From Selaginella moellendorffii (taxonomy: Eukaryota > Plantae > Lycopodiophyta), in NCBI RefSeq assembly GCF_000143415.4, contig NW_003314402.1:135804-199803 (forward strand): DNA of 64,000 bases. Reading direction: 5' to 3'. Numbering within the stretch: position 1 is the first letter of the stretch; each line of letters opens with the position of its first letter. Positions 36,055 to 49,415 of the stretch are shown in pieces. The notes under the pieces were generated by a model that saw only the letters and a program-made list of their open reading frames with translations, was not told the DNA's origin and searched no databases. The translations under genes and the position numbers were made by a program.

Positions 36055-39000
36055 AAATGTATATGGTTTATTTTGTAATGGAAAACAATATACTTTTGAA
36101 CTAGGATAGTTACAAGATAAACATTAGCACTTTCTCAAGAAATTCTAAAAATGAGAAAAAATAAAAATATGAAAATTACAAATGCATAATCAAATGAAGC
36201 AAAATTTTGTTATAGTTAAATTTTCAGGATTCATGGTACTTGAGGAAATGAGAATCTTGGCTAGCTGGAACTTGATTTAGGACATCAAGAATTATTTTAA
36301 AATTGGAATAAAACTTGGTTTTCCTTATGGATTTTCAACTACATATAAAAGATGTACATTCATTCGTATGACAATATTCTTTTGATAAGAGCATAGGTTG
36401 TGCTGTTTAACAAACATATGATGTTTTTGACTGGAACTTTTATGAAAAAATTCCCACACTTCAATAAGAAAACAAACAAATTTATATTGTTTTTATTTGC
36501 TGCTGAATGTCCTCTTTTAATTTTATATGAATTGGGATTGTTGGTTACAACTGCCATACATATAACATATAAATGTTCTATTGCAAACACCTTTACCACA
36601 TATTTAATTCTTTCTTGGATCCTCATAATATAATCAATTGCCACTTCTATAGAATTGTCTTTATTGTTACTTTTATAGTAGTGTCCTTATTGTGGGCACC
36701 TTTTGGAAATTTGTGATAAATTACATCCAAAACTAAATAAAAGTAATTCCAAACATTGTTATAGTATGGCACAATGCAAACTTCTCTAACTAGAGCATCC
36801 ATTAGTATTAAACTGAATATTCCCTAAAACTAGAATATGAGAACTTATGTGGTGATATTTCATTAGAGTTCTTCTTAGTTCACCTACATAGTAATTGAGA
36901 AAAAATTATTAGCTTCTACCAAAGAAATAGACAGATAAACAATTTCTCACTAGTAATATTTAACACAAATAAAGATTTCGATTGCATCCCTAATCCCAAC
37001 TAAGAATATCTTTATAATTTGAGTAAAACATATATCACTTGGGAAACCATACAGTTATAAACATGAAATATAATATGATTATTACAAACTTACCATCATA
37101 GTTGTGTTTTGCTTTTGCACTATAGCCTTAGCATGTATAACCACAATTCTTAGCTCTTCTTCCTCCAAGACATTTTCTTCAACAAAATTATTATTAGATA
37201 AATTATTCATCATTACTTCTAACATCACTAGTGATAAATATAATATTCTCTTGCAAATCATATCCAAACAAATTTGCTAGATTATATGGTTTTAACTTTC
37301 CCCCCAAATCCGATTTATTATTTTCCACCGTGCTATGTTGTGCATTTTTAATGAGAATAAGTGTTTGCCTATGCTTATAAAAAGTAGATTTGGTGAAAAA
37401 ATAACCTTTTGCTGCCCTTGTTGCAACACATGATAGATAACGATAATTTTTCTTTCCTTTTTGCTTTAGTTTGGTATGAACTATTGAGATGTGTCATCTT
37501 CTGGCTAATCTAGTGATTTCAATCCCCACACAAGTATTGCAACCAACATTACAAGGCAGACACATTTTTCCAAAATTTGTGAAACTTAAAAATACACAAT
37601 TATCACATATCTTTTAGTGTTTTTAATGTTGTCAGCCTCGTGATTTTTTGCTACTTTCTTTCAAAAACATAATATTGTTACAAATATTATTTTTGAGGTA
37701 TTTTTCAAGTCCTCACATAGCAAATTCATGATGGAGGTAGAAGAGATAGATTGCCCAATCTGTGATGCTTTTTGGGATTGGGCTCATAAGTAACATTTGA
37801 TAAACATAGAATATAGGAAAGTTAAGACTTTTTACTTGTTTTTATTGATAGAAGTTTCTTTATTTTGGTATCATGCTTACTTTAGCAAAAATCTTTAACT
37901 CTTTGAGTTAAGTAAGGATAATTGCTCTTCTCTAAAGCTATGAAGGTTTTAGTGAAGATCCGGCTCATATCCTTATGCATCCAATGTGCCAATTATGTTT
38001 TTAAGTGATTTTTTATTTGGTTTTGGAAATCTTTTGTTTACAATTCTTATATGCACTACTATTTTGTGTTGTTAGAATTTACCATTGCATCCACAATAAC
38101 ATTAATATGTCTTCAATTGACCTTGACATGATACAAGGTAGATGAGTATTCAAGGATACCCTGTGATTTGCAAATAATTTTGGACTTGGAAGATGGTTGA
38201 GGTTGGGATTGGTGGAATAGATGGCATGCTATTGTTTTACATTATAACAAGGTTCACCCCACCATGGTGCTATTTGGCCTATAAAGAAATTAGAGTGATA
38301 TTTTTAATTATACATTTTTTAAGATAGTTATGTTTTGGATTATTAGGGTATAAGTTGTGATTTGACGTTTGGAAGAAACTCTATAACCTAGAAGTAATTG
38401 AAGAGTCAAAATAGTCCAATGATGCAACTATGGAGATAAAAAGTCTTTTTAGCGAGACCATAATATTGGATATGGTAACAAATAAATTTGATTTTGGAGA
38501 AAGTGAAGTAAAAGTTTTTAGTGCACATAGTTATAAAAGCATAATTAGCTAAAATTAATACAAGTTTGTTACTCAATTTATATATATTTTTTACATTTGA
38601 ACCTCCCACTTGTGAACTAGAGTTTGTATAGTAGGGTTTAGTGGGCGGCGAGATTGTAGAGGTGCTAGGTTTTGTATTTGCTCATCATTCTAGTTGAATT
38701 GACGAGCTGAGATAAGGTAAGCAATGGGTGAAAATACACAAAGTGAATCCCTTTTTTTTTTTCCTCAAATATTGATAACCCTAGCAAAATTGAATGGACC
38801 ATTTAGCAAGGGATTGTATAAATAAATTATGAGTGTTTGTTTGGCTAAAGTGTTGCCAAACTTCCATAACAAGATTGAGAGTAATGGATTTTTTAAAGAG
38901 GATCATTTCAAGCTCAACATTTTGATATGGATGAGTATTAGAGTAAAAACAGGAGATGCAATTCAATTGACAAAGACACTCAAAAATCTCAATCGTCAAA

Positions 39001-41588
39001 GTAGGTATGCCTTAAAAAGCATGCCCAAAATAAAAGCCCTCCACGAAGACAATAGTGCCAACCAATACCCACTTAAAAATAAAACACACCAAATCAAGGA
39101 TTATGAGAGTAGCAACCAAGGTTTGCAACACCAATTTTCAATGTTAAAAAGTACTCTAAGCGTTTACTAGATTTTTTATTAACTTTATTTGGCAAAAATC
39201 TACTTTATGAGTTATTGTAAATCTTTCCTAATTACAAAAGAGGATACTTCAAATGTGAAAGGTAAGTGGAGCAGAGAACTAAGCTAATTGAGCAAGTTTA
39301 TGAGTGCAAATTGGATAATCATTTCATTTTGTGTTTATAAGTTCAAGATAAAAGACATCTTCATTGTATTGTGATATTAACTTAAAAAATCAATAGTTGC
39401 TAAAATAGAGCAAATAAAAGAGTTTATAAAATACTTGTATGACTACAGTGTTGTGGATCTCCTTGCATTTAAGTCAAATATAAGGTTAGCATTGATAGAT
39501 CTTGAATTTTTTAAGGTACAAACCATATTAGTTTCAATGGAAAAAACCTCATAATTTTCAATATAGCTTTTGCAATATCTTCAAATAGCAAGGATAAAAA
39601 ATTTTTAAAAATGGCAATGAGTTAGAACTACAATAATTAAGAAAGTTTATAATGGCACACTCATTTGAAAGTATAAAGCCCTACGAGTGAGGATAATTTC
39701 ACTCATAGATAAGGATTTACTTCCCATATAAAGGTTTTTTTCACATGTGAAGTAAATCTTTTTTAGGATGGCATTCTAAAATTATACTCAACATTAAAGA
39801 TAAAGGTATGCACTAATTTTAAATTTTAAGTTCAGGAGATGTATTGGCATAAGTGCATAAAGGCCATTGTCATTAGCAAGGATAATGAAAAAATTATTAA
39901 AGTGGTATTCTTTTCAAAATAATTTTGTAGTTTTTAATTTTTATTTATGTAGCTCTAGACTAAATCATATGGCAACGAACGTGAGGAGCAACCCCCATAC
40001 CTTACTAAACAGGATTGATGAAGAAATTGAGTGTAAGATTATAACCAAGAAGAAAAAGGTAAATTTCATAGTAAAGCTTAATTGTATATATGGACTAATA
40101 TTTTCTGGCACTATTTACAAATAGAAGAACACTGAAAGTGCTTCCTTAAATATTTTTTATTAAAATGTGGATAATATTATAAAAATAATTTATTGTTTTG
40201 CAACAATCTTCACTAAACATTGTTTTTTTTATGCTTGTGTGTATTAATTATAACTAACTTGTATGACTTTCTAACTATTATCCACAATAGTAAAAGCTCA
40301 GCCTATGGCTATAAATATTTATAAAGAGGTGTGTTAATTCTTATGCTTGTATATATTATATAATATAACTTTATTTATTTATTTAGTTAATATTGGCAAA
40401 ATTGCAAAACAACAAAAAAGTCCAGCTAAATAATAAGACTACTCTTTCTGTGTATGAGGCAAAAGAAGTGGAATACACTATAAAAGCACAAAAAGAATCA
40501 ATAACTATTAATAAAGTAATATAATAACAAATCAATTTAAGTAGTTTTTTTTTTCACTCAAATTTAGCAAATACTTGCAAGAATTTTCTAAGCTTAACAT
40601 AGAAATTCTAAAAAAATTAATGGAATCGCTCCTTGAATTTAAGTTTCATGAAGTAATTCTATAAGAATGAAAACCATATTTACCAGTTGCTAAATGCTTG
40701 CAAAATTAAAACTGAACAAACCTTAAAGGACATTGTTGAGCAGAGTGTAAAGTTTGGACAATTGATTATATCTAAAGAGGCCTGGTTCATAAATACTTGG
40801 GACTATACCACTATAACATTAAAAAATTAAAATGTAATTAAAACCATATCTATAAATATGGTTCTATATATAAAAAATTGCTACGCCTTGCATGTAGCAA
40901 CGCTTGGTTTGCTTAATAGTAGTTTTATTATTACTTATTAATCTAATTGATCAAATAAAGTTTATAATTATAAGCATGTTTGTAATTTATAAACACAAGA
41001 TTAATCTTATTGCATATCAACCATTAGATGATAGAATAAAAAAGAATATACTAGAAAGGGTTTAGGAAAGTTTATAAATTATAAACATGTTTATAAATTA
41101 TAAATACCAGATTAATCTAAATGAATACCAACCGTTAGATGGTAGAATATCCTAGAATATCCAAGCTTATTCTAGGTATATTCACTACCATCCTATAGGT
41201 TTGCTTAAGCAAACCAAAAATTTATATGCAACACTATATCTGAATTGTGAATAAAATTATGTGAACAAAATTGGCAAACATCAGTTTCAAAACTATATAG
41301 GTATCAGTAAACTATATAGAAAAGCATATGTACATTTATTCTCAAAATACAACTCAATCATATTCAAAACTATACAAAAAACCATTCATTATGATTGCCA
41401 AATAGAGCATAAATCATGATGAAAACTATGTATGGTTGTAGTCCCAAAACCAATGCATTAACAATTTAGAAACCAATCATGAAACCATTAAAGTCACATA
41501 TGGTTTAACACAACCATCTTGTTTTGGTACTAATTATAGTAAAAAACCATATTGATGAGCGTGTTGTGGTTGTAATGCTGGGCAACAC
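36055..41588. repeat. AT-rich decayed block, second long copy (contains the HINE-like insertion)
   Basis: Colinear with 23395-28292, with many transition differences. Confidence 0.6.
40878..41217 (-). mobile_element. Non-autonomous Helentron/DINE-1(HINE)-like element, ~340 bp
   Basis: 13-bp subterminal inverted repeats ttggtttgcttaa (40904-40916) and ttaagcaaaccaa (41205-41217); palindrome ggtttgcttaagcaaacc (41198-41215); terminal stem-loop ttgctac..gtagcaa (40878-40900). Inserted in an A/T run; empty site at ~27911-27925. Confidence 0.7.
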
Positions 41589-43480
41589 TCCGGGTTTTGG
41601 NNNNNNNNNNNNNNNNNNNNNNNNNNNNNNNNNNNNNNNNNNNNNNNNNNNNNNNNNNNNNNNNNNNNNNNNNNNNNNNNNNNNNNNNNNNNNNNNNNNN
41701 NNNNNNNTTCCATCGGCAGTGGATCGCCAAAAACTCCTGCAAAAGCTGAGGCTTCTAGGACAGCAAAAATTGCCGAGGTGAGCAATGATAGTGGAGCAGA
41801 GGATTTATATGATTCGGGAGTAGAAAGTGGAGCAATCGATGGTGGGGAAGAAGAGGTAAACAAGATCATGACTGGAGGAGGAAACGATGCCGAGGTGGAA
41901 AGAACAACAGTGGTGGAGAGCTCCATTGAGACTGTCAGGAAACATGGCGAGGCTGTTTCTAGAGCCTTAGCTGGACTTTCAATCAGAGGTAGTGCCTTGA
42001 CCCACGGTAATCCCGTTAAGATGGAAGCTGGTTGTGGTTCCGTGAAAGCTGAAGCTTCGGTTTCGATCGCAGCTGGATGTGATCCTACGAAAGTAGATGG
42101 CTTGGTGAAGATGGAAGCTGGTTGTTTTAGATGCAGAGAGGTGGTGGCTTCTCCAAGAGACTGAAGTTGCCGGGTACTCGACGTCCAGGGGATGACGGAT
42201 TCGTGTTGGCGAGTTCGTGTCCTTCAATTTTCCCAAGCCTGAAGCCGAAAGTAAGAAGAAGTTCTTTGAGCACAAGAAGGTTCGGCCGAAAGCGAGCTCC
42301 GACATTGTAAGGTTCTTGACAAAAGCTTCAGGAGAGGTACGTTTCACTTGACTTGTTTCTTCGTTTTAATTCTAACCATTTGACAGATAGAACGGCTTCC
42401 AGCCGACTGGGCCAAGTGTTTGATACCTTTGGGAAGTGCAAATGGTACCAGAGGCTCTTTCTCTTATGAGCAGATTACGGCAAGCTTGTGAACATCCTTT
42501 TCTTGTTCTGAGGTAGAAAATGCATCCTCTTATGTCTGAAGTTCCTGACGTTTTCTTCGTCACGCAGCCGTGGCGATACTGAAGACTTTGCGGACCTGGG
42601 AAAGCTGGCTAGACGTTTCTTGGACAAGAATTCCTCCCTGGTGCCTTCGACGGCGTATGTCAAAGAGGTGGTGGATGATATTCGTAAAGGAGAAAGTGCT
42701 AATTTGTTTGGAGATGCACGCAGTTCTTACACCATGCGCTCATCGACTGTGCCGTGAGTGCCTATTTAATAGCTGGCGTACTAGCGCCGGAGGTCCCTGT
42801 CCAATATCCGAGGTAACATATTGTTTTTTTTTCTCGAGCTCTTTTCCATATCCATAGCTATCATGCAGGCGTTCCTGTACGAAATAGGAACTCATAACCT
42901 CCAAACGTTAAGTGAGGCCGGGTCGAAAAGCGTTGTTTTAAGTCAGTGGACAGCGTTTCTCGACTTGTTAGAGATACCATTGAAAAGGTACGAGCGTCTT
43001 TCCTTTTGGTGCTTTCTCTTTGTTTGTGTTTCTAACAATGCACTGCCAGGAAGAACTTCTGTTTCGTCCGCTTGGACGGAACACTATCGCAGCGTCAGCG
43101 AGAACAAGTGCTCAAAAACTTCAGCAATATTCCAGCCGTGGCCGTAAGCTTTTTGTGTTGCTTACCTCCAAGAAACCACTCTATTTTGTGGACAGGTCAT
43201 GCTCATGCTTTTCTCATGGTATGCGCTATAGTTTTCTTTCTTAGCCATCTTCCGAGTCGAGCATCGGTCAGACGAAGAACGTATCGATCAAGCGATTCAT
43301 CGTCAAAGTAAGCGCCACTTGAAACTCTCTTTGACGTTTCTCATGTCTCTAGAGCAGGACTCGGTGGAGGAGAGAATGCAACAGGTCCAAGCGAGGAAGC
43401 AAGGATTGATCGCGAGGGCTCTCACAGACGAAGAGGTGCGAAGCGCTCGAATCGAGGAGCTCAAAATGCTATTTAGATGA
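41584..43480 (+). pseudogene. RAD5: RAD5-like pseudogene D (spans the N gap)
   Basis: Paralog of A; RING remnant TPCAHRLCRECLFNSWRTSAGGPCPI. Confidence 0.85.
41601..41707. other. Assembly gap (107 N)
   Basis: Run of N characters. Confidence 1.
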
Positions 43481-43594
43481 GAAGAACTGGAGTCCTTATC
43501 ATTTTTTTAACTTATATCTAGTTAAATAGGGGAATATGCTTCTAGCATCGGCGCGTATATTCTTCGGATAGTTCAATGAATGAATGTGTTATAT

Positions 43595-44088
43595 GCGGAC
43601 AGCGAAGGAGCAGGCGATCGCGTCGCAAGCGCGTTTTGCATCGGCGACGAGCAAGGTATGCATGCTAGGATCGCCTCGAGAAGCAGCAGCAGCGCCAGCG
43701 CCGGCGCCGCGCCGCGATTTGAGCCGGAGTAGCCGATCTAGATTCATGCAAGCATCCGATCTCTAGGAAATTGAGCTGAAAGCTGAGGCTTTGTAGGCGA
43801 TCGCGTTGATTCCTCTCGTCTCCGCGGCCGGGGCGGCTAGAAAGCCGGGGCACATTCTAGAGTTTCGGGGTTTCTGGGGCGATCAGTCATGTATCGGGCA
43901 GTGATTCTCTCACAGGGAGCTGGAAGTCAGCCATGACGTGGAATCCGCAACAAGTTCCTCCCAGCTTGTCCGCCTTGACTGCCACTACTCAGGCCGAGGA
44001 TGAACTGGGCGTGGATGTGTCGTCTCCCAGCGGCGATTTGCTACTCCATTTTCTCGAGCGGTGGGGGCGACGAGCAGCTGAGGAGCAA
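43595..44088 (+). pseudogene. URT1-like 5' fragment fused directly to NLR/RAD5 intergenic sequence
   Basis: Paralog of 8666-9180; junction gaggagca|atattaactcttgacc. Confidence 0.65.
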
Positions 44089-44689
44089 TATTAACTCTTG
44101 ACCTTGTAGATCGGAATTCTTCACTTTTTTCACAGCTGTGACTCACTCACTCTAAGAGATTCACAGTGAGCACCGCAACGATCGCTACATCGCTCGCAAG
44201 AAACACCTCTATTTGTACAAACAGACAAACGTGGAGCACGTAAAGTACTTGTGCCTTTGGCCTAAAACGGGCATCTTAAAGATGCGACACGCCCGAGAAG
44301 AACATCGTCTTTTCTCTTGTACGGCGTTGATCCAGGCGTACGGGAATAGAGGGCTCCTCTGCCGATCTTTGATGGGATCCGGGCGATCTTGTCACCGACG
44401 TCTTGAAAGATCTTAGATTCTATCCGCAATCGCCCAGTCAATGCGATCCTGGCGATGGGTGCTCCATATCATTCTATTCCCGCCCGGACGTGATCTCCAG
44501 GATTTGCGAAGAAGAAGCTCGTCGATCAGATGGCGCGCAATTGATTGGGGCTTCCCGCTACATTTTCCCGCGCTACTTCTCCATTCTAGGGTTCTTTCTT
44601 GGAGGCGACGTAGGTTTTCTATTGCCCGCGTGGTCGAGGAGACGGCGCTGGGGGGCGGCCTTGATCGGCGTTCTGGAGCTGCACAGGTA

Positions 44690-46980
44690 ATGGGGCTCGA
44701 CACTCCGGGTTTTAGAAATAGGAAGAGGCTCCAGCTTAAGGCTCCGACGAGCAGTGCCAAGGCGAGGAGCCCCAGCCAGCGTTGGTAAATCGTGGACGAC
44801 AGGGAGCTCTAGATGTACGGTGACAACAAAGGTCCCTGCGGCAAAATGTTCCATCGGCTGTGGATCGCCAAAAACTCCCGCAAAAGCTGAGGCTTCTAGG
44901 ACAGCAAAAATTCCCGAGGTGATTGTTGATAGTGGAGCAGAGGATTTAGATGATTCGGGAGTAGAAAGTGGAGCAATCGATGGTGGGGAAGAAGAGGTAA
45001 ACAAGATTAAGACTGGAGGAGGAAACGATGCCGAGGTGGAAAGAACAACAGTGGTCGAGAGCTCCATTGAGACTGTCTGGAAACATGGCGAGGCTGTTTC
45101 TAGCGCCTTAGCTGGACTTTCAATCAGAGGTAGTGCCTTGACCCACGGTAATCCCGTTAAGATGGAAGCTGGTTGTGGTTCCGTGAAAGCTGAAGCTTCG
45201 GTTTCGATCGCAGCTGGATGTGATCCTATGAAAGTAGATGGCTTGGTGAAGATGGAAGCTGGTTTTGAGTCTGCAAGAGTCGAAGCTCCGGTTGGCTCGC
45301 TGAAGATGGAACCTGGTTATGATACTGTGAAAGTTGAAACTCCATTCGGGGGTGGTACAGCTGCCCATTTGTCTGAAGCGAAGGTGGTTCCAATAGAAAA
45401 TGACACGGCTAAAGCTGCAGAGAAGCAACTGGTTGTTTTAGATGCAGAGAGGTGGTGGCTTCTCCAAGAGACTGAAGTTGCCGGGTACTCGACGTCCAGG
45501 GGATGCTGGATTCGTGTTGGCGAGTTCGTGGCCTTCAATTTTCCCAAGCCTGAAGCCGAAAGTAAGAAGAAGTTCTTTAAGCACAAGGGGTTCGGCCGAA
45601 AGCGAGCTCCGACATTGTAAGGTTCTTGACAAAAGCTTCAGGAGAGGTACGTTTCACTTGACTTGTTTCTTCGTTTTACTTCTAACCATTTGCTCACAGA
45701 TAGGACGGCTTCCAGCCGACTGGTCCAAGTGTTTGATACCTTTGGGAAGTGCAAAATGGCACCAGAGGCTCTTTCTCTTATGAGCAGCATAGTTCTCCAT
45801 TTGAGGTAGAGTTTCTGTGTTAACCAGAGACGTTACGTATATGATGTGCTTGCAGAGTTTATATCAACAAGTCAGAAGCCTTACGAGGAGGGGGTTGAGC
45901 GCGGATTGAAGCTTCTGCAAGCTATCTTGAAGCCGTTAATGCTTCGAAGAACAAAACAAAAGATTCACAAGTTGGATTCACAGACCAATTCTTGTTCTCC
46001 AACCGGCTCAATGTCAGGTTATTGAATGCAAACTATCTGAGCCTGAACGTGATTTTTATGATGCCCTTTACCACAGATCTAAGGCATGCTTTCGGATTGA
46101 ACTTCTTTTCTCTTTTTTCTGAACACGTTTTTGCGTTTGTGATCAGGTAAAATTCGATCAGTTCGTTGGACAAGGTAAAGTTCTCCATAACTATGCGTCG
46201 ATCCTCGAACTGCTACTTCGATTACGGCAAGCTTGTGATCATCCTTTTGTTGTTCTGAGGTAGAACATGCATCCTCTTATGTCTGAAGTTCCTGACGTTT
46301 TCTTCGTCACGCAGCCGCGGCGATACTGAAGACTTTGCGGACCTTGGAAAGCTGGCTAGACGTTTCTTGGACCCAAAGTCCAGGCTCTGCTGCACCACCT
46401 CCAGACGTTAAGTGAGGCCGGGTCGAAAAGCGTTGTTTTTAGTCAGTGGACAGCGTTTCTCGACTTGTTAGAGATACCATTGAAAAGGTACGAGCGTCTT
46501 TCCTTTTGGCGCTTTCTCTTTGTTTGTGTTTCTAACAATGCACTGCCAGGACGAACTTCTGTTTCGTCCGCTTGGACGGAACACTATCGCAGCGCTCAAA
46601 AACTTCAGCAATATTCCAGCCGTGGCTGTAAGCTTTTTGTATTGCTTACCTCCAAGAAACCACTCTATTTTGTGGACAGGTCATGCTCATGCTTTTCTCA
46701 TGGTACGCGCTATAGTTTTCTTTTTTAGCCATCTTCGGAGTCGAGAATGTGGACGATCGAGCATCGGTCAGACGAAGAACGTATCGATCAAGCGATTCAT
46801 CGTCAAAGTAAGCGCGAGTTGAAACTCTCTTTGACGTTTCTCATGTCTCTAGAGCAGGACTCGGTGGAGGAGAGAATGCAACAGGTCCAAGCGAGGAAGC
46901 AGCGATTGATCGCGAGGGCTCTCACAGACGAAGAGGTGCGAAGCGCTCGAATCGAGGAGGTCAAAATGCTATTTAGATGA
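44690..46980 (+). pseudogene. RAD5: RAD5-like pseudogene E
   Basis: Paralog of A; ends ARIEEVKMLFR*. Confidence 0.85.
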
Positions 46981-47104
46981 GAAGAACTGGAGTCCTTAGC
47001 ATTTTTTTAACTTGTATCAGTCTACATAGTTAAAGAGGGGAATATGCTTCTAGCATCGGCAGAGGATGGCTAGGTTACAAGCATTTCTAGGTTTCTTCGC
47101 GGCT

Positions 47105-49155
47105 ATGGCGGACAGCGAAGGAGCAGGCGATCGCGTCGCATGCGCGTTTGATTCCGGCAGCATCGGCGACGAGCAAGGTATGCATGCTAGGATCGCCTCG
47201 AGAAGCAGCAGCAGCGCCAGAGCCAGAGTAGCCGATCTAGATTCATGCAAGCATATGATCTCTAGGAAATTGAGCTGAACGCTGAGGCTTTGCAGGCGAT
47301 CGCGTCGATTCCTCTCGTCTCCGCGGCCGGGTGGCTAGAAAGCCGGGGCGCATTCTAGAGTTTCGGGGTTTCTGGGGCGATCAGTCATGTAGCGGGCAGT
47401 GATTCTCTCACAGGGAGCTGGAAGTCAGCCATGACGTGGAATCCGCCACAAGTTCCTCCCAGCTTGTCCGCCTTGACTGCCACTACTCAGGCCGAGGATG
47501 AACTGGGCGTGGATGTGTCGTCTCCCAGCGGCGATTTGCTACTCCATTTTCTCAAGAGCTGTGAGCAGCTGAGGAGCAGTCGCAGCTACAGGACCCAGCA
47601 GTCGCAGGTCACGGTCCCTGCCACAGCTTTGCTCCCTCTGGAGGACCTGGAGGAGAAGGTCCTCCTCCACGACCACTCTACGTCCCAGCAATAAGATTTG
47701 GTGGGTGGTCACCTCACTTCCAGCAGCACCAAGACCCACTTTTCCCTTCGGATCCATTCTTGACTCCGTCGAACCACTGATTTCTACGCTCGTTTGCTCC
47801 TCTTCCAGTCGAGATCCGCCAGTGCCGTATCCTTTTCCAAATGCTCCGACTTTCCAGCCTGCTGATAATGTGGTTCATCCGCCGCATTCCTCTGGGGAGC
47901 TTAAAGCTCGTCCTGGCCTTCACTTGGAGTCTCCGGTGTTTGGACCCAGCGCAGCTGAGACCTCGGACTCCAAACGCGCCCCAGAGCAGCCGAGGAGATC
48001 GGTTACACCTGCGAAGGATGACAAGCAACAATTCCACGGCAATGGTTCCGAGCTCCTTCAGTTGTTACAGGGTGGTCCTGGTCGTGTTAAGCCCACAGCC
48101 TCCACAAAGGTGGATGCTACACAGGACAGTGGGGATTCTGGAGAGCCATCAAAGAAAGGAAGTCCATCTGCTGTTCACGGTCCCATAGGACCGCCGAGGC
48201 GTCATGTCGTTTCTCCTCCGCAGAGTCCAAATGACCTCCTTGGACGTTTGTGGGCTGCTCTTCCGTCGTCAAGCCACACTTTGTTTGACGGAGAAAGCGA
48301 ACGCAAGCCGCCAGCCCGGAGCTTTGGCGTTGAAGTGAACGAGATGTCCCGGGAAGTCGATGGAGGTGGAGCTGCTGGTTTCGCACTTTTGAAGCGAAGA
48401 GGATCGGAGCCTGCCGCCTCGCACTACCTTTAAACGGCTACGACTATAACGACTCTAAGACAAATGATAAGCCGAGGACAAACTCGGCATCCGGAAGACT
48501 ACAGGACTATCGTGGGAGATACGTAAATGGAGAGGCCGAATTTGAGCCCGGAGGCGATGACTTTAGAGGTGCGGGAAGGCGTCGAGGTACCGGTCGTGCA
48601 GACGCCAGACGCGGTGGTCGGGGTGCTGTTGGCCAGTGGATTGCGGTAAGTGAGAGGCATAAAGATGCTGAGCCAAGTGACATCACCTCCTGCGGTATCT
48701 CTGATGGAAGGGACGAGTCGCTTAAATCTTGAAACGGGACTTAGTCGAATGCTCGGAGAAAACATCAACAGGAATGGAGGATAAAACAGGCCGACTCAAA
48801 GGCAGCATTTCCAGCGGAGGAAAAACCGGACTACAAGGTTGCAAAGGCACGGTCTTTGGCATCTCAACTTGAACGTCCAGGCTTGCCATCGGGAAGTACG
48901 CAAAACTCTTCCGTTGGCGCGGCTTTTGAGGAGTCCAAACAGAGGCTCCATAATCTAGATGCTTTGGAAGGAGAGGGCGTGACGACCTCTCTAGATCTCG
49001 AGGAGCTACAAATTGACGGTCACCGTCGTGAGGGTAAAGCTCCACAGTTTTACAAGGTTTGTGCTTGCTTTTTCTCTTTCTTTATTTTCATGTGTTTGTA
49101 TCTCTGGTTACAGCCGAAGGAGAACCGTTTCAGGACCTCTGAAGAAGAACTAAAG
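47105..49155 (+). pseudogene. URT1-like fragment
   Basis: Paralog of 8666-10745. Confidence 0.65.
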
Positions 49156-49415
49156 GTATGCATATGCATATTCTTAATATTGTTATGTTTTCCATGTTTT
49201 ACCATTTACTCTATACACCAGATTTTAAAATACTCAAAACCACGAGAGTAAAGTAATATCCTGAGAATACGATTTGTAAGAAAAACAGAAACTGTCTCTT
49301 CTCCAAACGCTGCTGACGGCTTGGAAATCTCTGTTTTTGTTTTTTGAGTGATGCAAAATAGTGTAGCATTTGCGCAGATCGAGAACCCAATCGATGTCCA
49401 CTGAAGGAGCAAGGT

